Positions 27,039-44,346 of a DNA stretch of 64,000 bases are shown here, one piece after another (position 1 is the stretch's first letter; every line of letters starts with the position of its first letter). Source of the stretch: Eledone cirrhosa (Eukaryota); assembly GCA_964016885.1 (NCBI GenBank), contig OZ024741.1, forward strand, positions 88,598,001 to 88,662,000, read 5' to 3'. The position numbers were made by a program, and so were the translations under genes. The notes below the pieces were generated by a model that saw only the letters and a program-made list of their open reading frames with translations, ran no database searches and was not told where the DNA came from.

Positions 27039-28223
27039 ATCCAACAAAATAATTGTATGTATTTACTGCATATACCTCTATCTATTTACGACTTGGCTGG
27101 TTGAAGAGGCAAATGTTAGATTTTTGGTTCGTGGACATCTGAAAAAGCCAGTAATTTACAAATGTAATGTAATGGCTCGTGGGGGTGGGGGGATTTTGAC
27201 TTGAGGTTTATGCAAAGGTTTTCCTTACACAAACTCAAACCGTTTTAGAGTTGGTATTAAATACGCATCTGAGCTGGTTCAAAGTGTATCTAACAGCATA
27301 TTCACAAAACCCCGGTGACAAAAAGAATAAATTCCTCATAAAACCACGAAATACATTCTATGAGTCGGGTGCCTATGCTGGAATAAAGTGTTTTGTCAAG
27401 AAATGAAGGGAAATATTTGCAGTAGATTGAACTCATGATCTAAAATTATGTAGAAAGGACTACATTAGACAACGTAATCCTACACACTCCCCCGAAACAA
27501 ACGAGAGTCATGGCTGGAATACCTTTGATCAGAGGTCTACTTAGTTTCCTTTGGGTTAAACAACCAGCAATTATCCAGTGCATTACTGGTACTTTATTTT
27601 ATCGATCCCGTAAGGATGAAAGGCAAAGTTAACCATGGCGGGATTTGAACTTAGAATGGAAATGATTTCTACATTAGGCACAATGTCAGTAAATTTTCAA
27701 AAAGGAAAAAACCAATTAAATCGATCGCAGTACTTAACAGGTATTTTATTTTATCGTCTTTGGAAAGGAGTCGAATTGAGCGAGATTTGAAATCAGAATG
27801 TAAAGAATCGGAACAAATAGAGCTGTGATCTACCACCCCGTAACAGTAGTTTGTACATGGGGGGGGGGGGGGATTTAAATCGATCCAGTACTCTACTAGT
27901 GTTTTATTTTATCGACCCTGAAAAGTTGATCTCGGTGGTATCTGAACCGAGAGTGTTAAGGTCCGTAACTTGAAGGCCTTGTTCGACGCTGTACGTGAAA
28001 AGTAAAGTTGACCTCGGCGGGATTTGAACTACGAACGTAAATATATATCCTGAAGTTTTATTGCTTTTTAATATTTTTAACTAACCTTGGTAGATCCACA
28101 GCTTGGCACCAGTAGTAGGGCTGGGGGAGTTATGGGAGGATATAGTGTAGATCAAATGACAAAAGTGATCGAGTGTCAAAACAACGAGGTCGACATTTTG
28201 TAGCACTTAACAGTCTCTCTCTC

Positions 28224-28485
<262 letters not shown>

Positions 28486-28780
28486 AAAACAAATAACGAA
28501 ACGAAATTAAATTTCGTTTCGTTTGTAACTCACTTTTGTATGACTGACGCTCAAACAATTAAGTCAAAGATGTACATCCATATATGTATACTGAAATACT
28601 AGTATGTATATGAATACACACACGTATACATATGTAGATGTACCAAGTTTTTTTTCACTGATCACTTTACTGTGAGTGGCCAGCTATTCTGTATGTAAAC
28701 ACACAGACAAACCGGTTTTTAGAGTCATACTGGTTTTTGAGGAAACACCTTTCCTCTATTCTCCAGAAAGCCAGACAAGG

Positions 28781-28825
28781 AATATTGAACTAGTTTCGTT
28801 GTTGTTACAACTCATCAGCAATATT
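28781..28825 (-). ncRNA. Minimal type I hammerhead ribozyme, copy 1
   Basis: Minus strand AATATTG-CTGATGA-GTTGT(AACA)ACAAC-GAA-ACTAGT-T-CAATATT. It has a 7-bp stem I, the exact CUGAUGA and GAAA core, a 5-bp stem II, a palindromic ACUAGU stem III and a GUU triplet. Predicted cut between 28788 and 28787. Confidence 0.85.
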
Positions 28826-29249
28826 TACCTATCTTCCGGCCTCTCTAGAGAATCGTAAAAGCACATATCGCTATATGCTTTTTCTATGAAAATTAGTAGT
28901 GGGCAGACCAACTTGCATAGAGTGTGAGTAAGTACCGGTTCAACGGAGACGATAAAAACAAATAACGAAACGAAATTAAATTTCGTTTCGTTTGTAACTC
29001 ACTTTTGTATGACTGACGCTCAAACAATTAAGTCAAAGATGTACATCCATATATGTATACTGAAATACTAGTATGTATATGAATACACACACGTATACCT
29101 ATGTAGATGTACCAAGTTTTTTTTCACTGATCACTTTACTGTGAGTGGCCAGCTATTCTGTATGTAAACACACAGACAAACCGGTTTTTAGAGTCATACT
29201 GGTTTTTGAGGAAACACCTTTCCTCTATTCTCCAGAAAGCCAGACAAGG

Positions 29250-29294
29250 AATATTGAACTAGTTTCGTTGTTGTTACAACTCATCAGCAATATT
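29250..29294 (-). ncRNA. Minimal type I hammerhead ribozyme, copy 2
   Basis: Identical to the copy at 28781-28825, shifted by 469 bp. Predicted cut between 29257 and 29256. Confidence 0.85.
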
Positions 29295-29723
29295 TACCTA
29301 TCTTCCGGCCTCTCTAGAGAATCGTAAAAGCACATATCGCTATATGCTTTTTCTATGAAAATTAGTAGTGGGCAGACCAACTTGCATAGAGTGTGAGTAA
29401 GTACCGGTTCAACGGAGACGATAAAAACAAATAACGAAACGAAATTAAATTTCGTTTCGTTTGTAACTCACTTTTGTATGACTGACGCTCAAACAATTAA
29501 GTCAAAGATGTACATCCATATATGTATACTGAAATACTAGTATGTATATGAATACACACACGTATACATATGTAGATGTACCAAGTTTTTTTTCACTGAT
29601 CACTTTACTGTGAGTGGCCAGCTATTCTGTATGTAAACACACAGACAAACCGGTTTTTAGAGTCATACTGGTTTTTGAGGAAACACCTTTCCTCTATTCT
29701 CCAGAAAGCCAGACAAGGAATAT

Positions 29724-29724
29724 G

Positions 29725-29762
<38 letters not shown>

Positions 29763-30042
29763 TGTATATATATGTATATGTATATATATGTATATGTATA
29801 TATATGTATATGTATATATATGTATATGTATATATATGTATATGTATATATATGTATATGTATATATATGTATATGTATATATATGTATATGTATATGTA
29901 TGTATATGTATATGTATGTATATGTATATGTATGTATATGTATATGTATATATATGTATATGTATATATATGTATATGTATATATATATATGTATATATA
30001 TGTATATATATGTATATGTATGTATATGTATATGTATGTATA

Positions 30043-30109
<67 letters not shown>

Positions 30110-30112
30110 GTA

Positions 30113-30163
<51 letters not shown>

Positions 30164-30390
30164 GTATATATATATGTATATATATGTATATATATGTATA
30201 TATATGTATATATATGTATATATATATATGTATATATGTGTGTATATATATATGTATATATGTGTGTATATATATATGTATATATGTGTGTATATATATA
30301 TGTATGTATATATGTGTATATATATATATGTATATATGTGTATATATATATATGTATATATGTGTATATATATATATATATATATGTGTA

Positions 30391-30445
<55 letters not shown>

Positions 30446-30772
30446 GTGTATATATATGTATATATATGTGTATATATATGTATATATATATATATGTATA
30501 TATATGTATATATATGTGTATATATATGTATATATATATGTATATATATGTATATATATATATATGTATATGTGTATATATATATATGTATATATATGTA
30601 TATATATATGTATATATATATGTATATATGTGTATGTATATATGTGTATGTATATATGTGTATGTATATATGTGTATATATATATATGTATATATATATA
30701 TGTATATATATATATGTATATATATGTATATATATATGTATATATGTGTATATATATATATGTATATATATG

Positions 30773-30803
<31 letters not shown>

Positions 30804-31076
30804 GTGTATATATATATATGTATATATATGTGTATATATATGTATATATGTGTATATATATATATGTATATATATGTGTATATATATGTATATATGTGTA
30901 TATATATATATGTATATATATGTATATATATATGTATATATATGTATATATATATGTATATATGAGTGTATATATATGTGTATATATATATATGTGTATA
31001 TATATATATGTGTATATATATATATGTGTATATATATATATGTGTATATATATATATGTGTATATATATATATGTG

Positions 31077-31129
<53 letters not shown>

Positions 31130-31474
31130 GTATATATGTATATATATATGTATATATATGTATATATATATGTATATATATGTATATATATGTATATATA
31201 TGTATATATATGTATATGTATATATATGTATATGTATATATATATATATGTATATGTATATATATATATATGTATATGTATATATATGTATATATATGTA
31301 TATGTATATATATGTATATATATCTATATATATATATATGTATATATATGTATATATATATGTATATATATGTATATATATATATATATGTATATGTATA
31401 TGTATATATATGTATATATATGTATATGTATATATATGTATATATATGTATATGTATATATATGTATATGTATA

Positions 31475-31518
<44 letters not shown>

Positions 31519-31575
31519 TATACATATATATCTATATACATATATATACATATACATACATATACATATATATAC

Positions 31576-31623
<48 letters not shown>

Positions 31624-31628
31624 GTATA

Positions 31629-31679
<51 letters not shown>

Positions 31680-31730
31680 GTATATATATGTATATATATA
31701 TATGTATATATATATATATGTATATATATG

Positions 31731-31801
<71 letters not shown>

Positions 31802-31806
31802 GTATA

Positions 31807-31877
<71 letters not shown>

Positions 31878-31930
31878 GTATATATATGTATATATATATG
31901 TATATATATGTATATATATATATATATGTA

Positions 31931-31980
<50 letters not shown>
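29724..31980. repeat. (TA)n/(TATG)n microsatellite tract of about 2.3 kb
   Basis: Visible directly. It produces the spurious Y/I/M/C/V ORFs. Confidence 0.97.
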
Positions 31981-32111
31981 GATAAATCTACCAAGAGTTT
32001 ACGGTAGTGTCCAATCCGTATGAAGAACTCAATGTATTCCGGATATCATGGAAAGAAGAGATGTAATGAAAAATCACTTTCGGTGAAAGATAAACGGTAT
32101 ACAGAGTCAAG

Positions 32112-32439
32112 ATAAAATATTAAACAAATAATGAATAAAACAATGAAACAGTTCCTTATATTAAACAAAAAAAGTTCATTATTTAACGATCGTTTCTAGG
32201 ATATATGTGTTAGAATTGGCATGCATATTCAACAGATCTATGTACAAAATTATACAAAAGTGTGTTTGGTATGTATATTTAATCTTGATAGTTTGTATAA
32301 TTTTGTACATAGATCTGTTGAATATGCATGCCAATTCTAACACATATATACCCTAGAAACGATCGTTAAATAATGAACTTTTTTTGTTAATATAAGGAAC
32401 TGTTTCATTGTTTTATTCATTATTTGTTTAATATTTTAT
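32112..32439. repeat. Long inverted repeat with arms of about 147 bp (32112-32258 and 32292-32439) and a 33-bp spacer
   Basis: ataaaatattaaacaaataatgaa...tatacaaa is mirrored by tttgtata...ttcattatttgtttaatattttat, with only a few small indels. Confidence 0.92.
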
Positions 32440-36790
<4,351 letters not shown>

Positions 36791-36990
36791 NNNNNNNNNN
36801 NNNNNNNNNNNNNNNNNNNNNNNNNNNNNNNNNNNNNNNNNNNNNNNNNNNNNNNNNNNNNNNNNNNNNNNNNNNNNNNNNNNNNNNNNNNNNNNNNNNN
36901 NNNNNNNNNNNNNNNNNNNNNNNNNNNNNNNNNNNNNNNNNNNNNNNNNNNNNNNNNNNNNNNNNNNNNNNNNNNNNNNNNNNNNNNNNN
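36791..36990. other. Assembly gap (200 N)
   Basis: Run of 200 n; the true size is unknown. Confidence 0.99.
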
Positions 36991-38414
36991 TGATCATGAT
37001 CATCATTCACATGAACACACTCCTTTCTGTCTTAAATACTTACTTGGTTCTCTCTCTCTCTCTCTTTTGCCTCTACAGTTCATAGAAGAGTTCAGTGAGT
37101 TGATTTGCCTGTGAGATGTGAAGGAGGCTAGCATTTCAAGCATCTCTCTCACTTTCCCACACAGAATAGAACGATTTTTGCTTAGCTTTATTTAAGTTCC
37201 ACATCTGATAGAAAATTCTAGGAGAAATAATTGATAATCACAAAATGCTCACACACAGACACAGTGGGGCAGATAGACAAACTCACAGATAATATTAGAT
37301 CAATATCAAGTCATAAAATATCCTTGTATATGATATTACTGTTGGCTATATTGGTGATGGGGTGGTTATGAAGAGAAGATGTGAGAAGATAGATATCTTC
37401 TTCTCTTCTCATATACACCTCATACATACACACATGTATAAAATATATATATATGTGTTGTTATATGTTCAGAAGGTCATGATGCCAGTAAAAATACAAA
37501 CTGCTTGCTTTTCACTTTGAGTTTTACATCTGCCTTTTCACACCAGCATGAGTTGGACTAGCCTTCACTGTACAGGACAGTTCTTATTCAGAGTTACTGC
37601 CCTCATTGACTGAAGCCAATGTCTCACTCACACAGAACTTCCAATTGAGTGTCCTTTCTATTGCCAACTACTTTAAATACAGAATGTACTGGGTGCATTT
37701 TATCTTGGCCCCAGAAGTAGAGAGGTTGTTTTGCTCCTGGTATAACTAAAGAGTCTTCTCTATTCTATATTGTATTGTCAGCATTTGTTCCACAGTACCA
37801 GAGAGGGTGCCTTACTCCTGGCAACACAGACCCCCCCCCCCACTTTTTTTTCCCTGTGATGTCTTTACGTATTTATTCCTTTCTTTGCCATATGACTGAG
37901 TGGGAAGAGAGCCAGAGTGATGGACAAAATAATTGATACAGGAGAGTGTGAGAGAGAGAGTGAGAGAGTAAGATAGACAACTACATGATGGTTGTAGGTA
38001 ATGGGATTAATTAAACACCAGACAGCATTAGCAGCGTATTGGGGGAAATAAGTGATAAGAAGCTAAGCAGGATGATGAAAGTGGGGAGTAATAGAAGTAG
38101 GAAAGTGTGATAGACCCCAGATATGAGTGATAGCAAATCTAGTAAACAGAAAGATGGGGATGGTGCAGGATAGCAATAAAGATGTGTGATGGTAAGAGAG
38201 GGAGAGTAATGGGAGAAAGAAAGAGTGATGACTAACAATAATGAAACATGGTGGTACAAGTGAGTAGGGAATTGAATATTGATAGAGCCAATGAAGTGGA
38301 AGAGAGACAGTGATAGGAGGTGTGAAGGATAGTTGAGAGAATACTTAAGTAAGCTGTAGATGGAGGTTTAATCTGAACATAATATAATGTGCAAGATCAT
38401 CATCATTATCATTA

Positions 38415-38884
38415 CTAGCAGAAAAACCACCCTTCGAGTGGTTTTCTGCTAGCATGTGTAGTGTGTATATTGATATTATACCCAGGTTATATACATGTAG
38501 ATATGATACATCAAATAAAATTGTAATTGACAATATATAATGCACAGAAATTTAAACGAAGACTGCGTTACACTGTCTTATTTAATCAGCAACGTAATCC
38601 ATGATACATTAAAAAAGATGATATTATATATAAACTGCATTAGGAGAAAATTAGTATGTTTATTTAAGCGATGGCCAACCGGAAGTGTTGACATTTCAGA
38701 AATTTTAAAGAAGTGAATCTTTAAATAAACAAAATATATTTAATCAACTGCCACAAAATTTAGTAGATAAATTATGTAATATTCATTCATTATTTATTCA
38801 AAGTAATCCAACTTATTTTACTAATGGGATAAAAAATTATAAACCGTTCGCAGTCCCGCGCTCCTTACTTTATTATAGTTTAGA
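38415..38884 (-). mobile_element. Non-autonomous Helitron
   Basis: The minus strand begins A|TCTAAACTATAATAAAAG and ends with the same palindrome as 791-827, then CTAG|T. Confidence 0.6.
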
Positions 38885-39959
38885 TTAGTTTATATCTGGC
38901 TTCCATGCTTGGATGAGTTGTTATGGTTCTAGATTAGTGACATCATGGTTTCTATGACTGGATGTACTTTCTAACACCAACTACCTTACAGGGTATACTG
39001 GTGACCGTTTATTGTGACACCAGCACTAGAGAGATTAATTAGCCCCTATTTGATTACCAATCTCATATACATCCTAATCACCTTCACTACCACTATATTC
39101 TTGTCTTCACTATACAGGTCAGTTCTTACTCTGTGTCATACCAACAACAAAGCTACCACTACTGAACCACAGCATCCATCAAAGTCAAAACTATCACAAA
39201 TACCAACATCACAATCACCAGTATCAAATCATAATTGTTACAATTTCAGCCAACAACACCCCTACCACCATTAAACCATTACTACAGCACTCATCACCAT
39301 TACCTTGACCTCACTCATCCAAGTATTATCATTAAGGTTATATCTTACTACATAATATATTTAGAGTTTTTTAGCCAACATTATAAGTAGCCAATTTGGC
39401 AGAGTTCTTAGAGCTTTTGGCATTTGTTCCAGGTTTCTGTGTTCAAATCATGCCAAGATCCACTTTGCCTTACTTCCTTTCGTGGTCAATAAAGAAAGTA
39501 GCAGCTCAGTACTGATGCAGTTCTCTCTTCTTACAGCTGTCACATCCTGGATGTTACACTGGATCAAGGGATATAAGGCTGAGAGAGTGTCTGTATCTGC
39601 TTATGACTGCATGAGGACCTAAAACACTTAATGAAAGCATGGTGCATACTACCAATTCATATTTGGTTGTTAGTGATGGCTGTAGTTTTTTTAGTACCTT
39701 TGGTACAGATGTAAATTCCTTGTCTTTGCATACAGTGTCTTTGTGGACAAAAACCAGAGATTAACTGACTAGTTTCAATCCTGTGTTGGGATTTCATCAA
39801 CAACTGTGCATCCTTTTTAACTGTTAACAAATATACAGCTTATAAATTTGCTATTTCTTGTGGCTTAACTAAACTGGAGATATGAATTTGCGTATATAAT
39901 GCTTTTGAGAGCTACTTTCTTTAATAAATTCCTGGCATGTTAACTATGCTCTTTAAAAA

Positions 39960-41012
39960 TATGTTTTGGCCTCATTCCTAATAGTTATGTTTGCACATTC
40001 TACGTCCTGAGGATCAGAGCCATGAAGATTTTTGGACTATGAGACAGTGGCTGGGATGAAAGTGTGTCCAAAATGGTAGTGGAGCACTTGTCCTTACTGA
40101 TGCCAATAAGAAAGAGGCATGGAAGTCACATTAAAAAAGACAAATGAAGAGAATAAATGGGACAGTAAGGGTCTACTGAGGGACCAGCCATAAGAATTGA
40201 CAGCAGTCATCATCATCTTCATGGTTTAACATCTATTTTCCATGCTAGCATGGGTTAGACAAGCCAGGTCAGATGACCATGTCTTACTCATACAGAACTG
40301 ATTTGGCTTGGTTTCTACCGCTGGGTGCCCTTTCTAATGCCAACCACATTTACAGTGTGAACTGGGTGCTTTTTGTCGTGACACATACACGACCATTTTA
40401 ATGTGTGGATGAGCCACTTTTTGTGGTAGCACCAAAATGACTACTTTATAGTGTGGACTAGGATCTGGGTGGGAGTGGTGCATGGGAATTGGGTGAAGGT
40501 GGGTGTTACGACATGGGAGGTATATGGAAGGGGTGATGGAGAGGAAGGTGGTGCATACTAGATGTATGCCTCAACCCATGCACATGGGAAGGCGGGTCTT
40601 CTGTATTACTGCATAACGGTCCTGTGAGAGGTGCAATTGTGCAAGGTCAGCTTTTATCACCTCCTCCCAAGTCTTCCTACTCCATAGCTTCCATCAACTT
40701 TAAGTGCTCTGCACCTTTAGCAATTAAGGATACAAAAGTATAGAAGGCAACTGGACCATCCAGGATAGCTAAGATGCTATAAAATCTGGCATAGTAGGTT
40801 ATGAACAAGTCAGATGCATAATTGATCAAGTAGTACACAGCGGTGTCATACCCAATGCCTGGCACAGCAGTATGATTGTGAACTACTACTAGGGCAAATG
40901 AGATGTGCTAGGGAGAGGTAACTATAAAGGCATCAAGTTGTTGGACCAGGTCATGAAGGTTACTGAAAGGGCTATAGCACCACTAATTATTGACAAATCA
41001 AGCTAGATGAGA
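39960..41012. mobile_element. Decayed RTE fragments on +, interrupted by an RTE 3' UTR on - (about 40207-40700)
   Basis: gatgccaataagaaagaggcatggaag and ggcatcaagttgttggaccaggtcatgaaggttactgaaagg match the RT region of the 18-19 kb copy. catcatc...tttaacatc...gcatgggtt is the reversed 3' tail. Confidence 0.55.
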
Positions 41013-43420
41013 TGCATATAAGTATATATATATACAAAGAGAGAGAGAGAGACTTATGCATACATTATACAGATGTGTGTATATGTGTAAACAAACACAT
41101 AACAGGTGCATTAATGTATATGGACTTCCTTCTGCAAAGCAATATCTACCTACATACCTGGCAGACATTTGAATGTTGTCAGGATAGAAAGATTAAAGAT
41201 GCTTATGAAGGGGTTAGTAGTTTTGTACATATGTGTATGGAGGTATTTGTGCATGTAAGTGTAGGTGGTTGTGCGTGTGTGTGTGTCGGTGGTTGTGCGT
41301 CTGTGTGTTGGTGATTGTGTGAGTGTGTGTATGTGTGTAGGGGGTGGAGGGTGGAGTTACTATTATTTATATGTAGAGTGAGCAATGGATTATCTGCAGA
41401 TTACTTGTGGTTTCCATTCAATGGAATTTCTTTTATGACTAATGTGTTTATTGTAAATCTGAAACAAAGCAACAATGTATACATGAGATAAATAAGACAG
41501 TGTGTGTAAATGTGAGGGCAGTGTCCCAGGCCCTAGGGGCTGCTCGAGTCTCAAGCAAGCTATATATTGCCGTCCTTACAAATATAATATTTTTGTTTAA
41601 TCTTCACAAGGAAGAAAATGTAAAAATGTAAGAATAGAGAATTTATTACAATATACAACCCCAGCCTTGTGGGGGAAATTGTATGGAAGCCCATCAAATG
41701 GACTGTACCTGTAATTCAAAGGGTCAGTCTTGTTACATACTGATTATGCTGACTCATCATCACTATTTAATGACTATTTTCCATGCTTGCATGGGTTAGG
41801 GAGGGTTGAATCCCCCTGAGAATTATGTTATAGATGCATGTGAATGTGGAATGCTGAGCCATTTGCATGTTAATTTCACAAGCAGGCTGATCCATTGATC
41901 AAACAACTGGAACAATCATCGCTGAAACTGATGGAGGTCCATTCCATTCAACAATATACTAGTAAAAGAGAACAGTTCAAACAGCATTGAGGTTTCAAAT
42001 TTTTTCATTAATACAACTTGGATAGGGAGAGAGGCATCCCTTGTATCTATATGATATCAACACATTTTCATTACAATCACTGAATAGATGATACATAGTC
42101 AAGAAAATGTCTAAAGGGTGATGTTGATCTGTACTAGTAAAAAGTTTTTTATCCTAATAAATTATAAAATATGAACAAAAGAACAGATACTGAAAAATAT
42201 ACACTATCCTCACTAAAATATTTTTTTCTCAACTTTCAATCTGAAAATATCTTTTTGTATACTATTTTCTATATATGTATACTTTTTTTAATAATATCAT
42301 TAACCGTGTGTACCCAGTTTAGAATAGGTATATCATCATATCATTGCATGTCATAAGAAATGACTAAAAGGGCTGGTGTCAGGAAGGGTATCTGGCTGTA
42401 AAACATGGCCTCAAAAGTCCTGTCCAACCCATGCTAGTATGGAAAAGTTGATGTGAAAACAATGATGATGATGGTGATGATTTTCTTTAGAGAATATTGC
42501 CAAGGATTTTAACCTTTTCATTATAATTTTTCATAATTACAGACATTTTCAAATAGTTTGGAAAATATTCAAGAATTTGGAAGGTTTAATGATATAATTA
42601 ATTTTCTCTCCCATGGTCATACTCATAAGCATTATTCATCTTATAGTCCATAGATTTGCATGACATCCTGCAACCTGTAACTGTCGATGAATGTAATGGC
42701 TTCTATCTAGTTCAGTTAAGAAATCAAATCCATTAGTGTCACCTAAAAAGGAAAGGTACTGTTCATGAGATCAGACCAAGGAAACAATTGGTCTTTCCAT
42801 TGTTGAAACTATCACCTACACATTTATAAATAATCTTCACTCAAATAATTTTTCACATTTTGCTTTTATTTCATTTGATTATTTAACCCTATTGTTAATA
42901 TATTTCTAATGAAAGACACTGCTTATGATTTTCAAATAATTTTGAAAATAAACAAGAATTTGATTGGATTTAGTAATGCAACTACATTTTTCATTATTAA
43001 GCTGGTATTTGGAACACAAAGTTTCTTACATAATATTATGAAGGAAGGTATTTAGATAAATAAAAACTCTTCAAAATATTTAGTAGAAGCAGGGGTGGGG
43101 TTTAAAGCAGTTTGTTATCAAATGGGTTTAAAATGTTTCCCTTTATATTTGGAAGATCCCAAACATGTCATGGCACCTAGGCCATGTATGGGATTATTTA
43201 AGAGTGACCAACAGTGACCATCTTGCTTTTCTTTTGTGTATCACCATCATTACCACTCTCACCTGCAAACTGATTCACACACACACTACCACAAAACTCT
43301 TTCATACACACACACTCACATTGATCAACAAAATCTAAAGAAATTAAATGAAAATCATGACAAATAATTTCTTAACAACGAAGAGAAAATATATAAAATA
43401 AATGAATAGATTTGACAAAC

Positions 43421-43539
43421 CTTTATTGAAAAGTTCATTTCCTTTCTCTGTATTTCTGTCTTCTTCGTTCAAGAGTAGGTATTCATGAAATTCTTTGAAA
43501 CCAATACTTTGGAATATACCTAAAGTATAATCCAATTCC
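43421..43539 (-). CDS. TRIT1: TRIT1 exon: ELDYTLGIFQSIGFKEFHEYLLLNEEDRNTEKGNELFNK(G)
   Basis: Contains the IPP-transferase motif GIFQSIGFKEF (within ORF 43344..43628). Acceptor tttatag, donor gtttgt. 119 bp, phase-consistent on both sides. Confidence 0.95.
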
Positions 43540-44309
43540 CTATAAATGGATAACCAGAAAATGTTTTTACATGCATTATCAAGGAGGGTGTTGTACTTTA
43601 CAGAGTTATAGCAATGCAAATGGGACATTAAATGTTGAAAATAATTGTTTCTACTTTTGGCACAAGGCCAGCAATTACCCAGTGCATTACTGGTACTCTA
43701 TTTTATTGACCCCGGAAAATAATGATAACAAAGTTGTTGAAATGGTACCCTGAATGGCATTTTTAACTTAAAGATATCTTAAGAAGCACACCAAGTTGTC
43801 CTGATCCAACTTAGTTTCCTTAAGCTTTCCTTTGACAAGCAGAATATTCTCCTGAAATACATCAAAGACTATATGACAACATTCCAACAGCTTAGTTAAC
43901 ATTACTTTTAACATTTAATGTCCTATTTGTATTGTTGGAGCCCTCTAAAATAGTTTTATGCATGCATTTTCAAGTTTAGATTTTAACAACTTTGTTTGTG
44001 ATTATTATTGGTGTCTATAAATTCAAAGCACTGTATTTTTATATGTATATATGCATGCATATACAAACACATGTGTGTGTATTTATACACACATGTACAC
44101 ACCTCTATATATTATGATTATTTTTTCTGTCTGAAACTTCCATTTGCACATGTATAATGGCGTTATGAAGGGCATCCAGCCATAGAAACCAAGCCAAAAC
44201 ACAGATCCGTATGAGCAAGACGTGGTCACCTGACCTGACTAGTGTCATAATGTGACAACCAGTCTAACCTATGGAATCATGGAAAAATGGATGTTAAATG
44301 AGGATGATG

Positions 44310-44346
<37 letters not shown>

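Larger units (their letters stand above)
28483..29723 (-). mobile_element. 469-bp tandem array (about 2.65 units) carrying hammerhead ribozymes; retrozyme-like or Penelope pseudo-LTR-like non-autonomous retroelement in a (TA)n tract
   Basis: The same sequence recurs at +469 and +938 (ORF starts 28676/29145/29614). The only difference I noticed is at 29099. Both flanks are TA microsatellite, and there is no meaningful ORF. Confidence 0.85.

Noticed and set aside
28676-29327. Repeated 60-aa [16 protein letters not shown]...
   Set aside because: GTG start, no recognisable domain, and antisense to the ribozyme. It recurs only because the unit is tandemly repeated.
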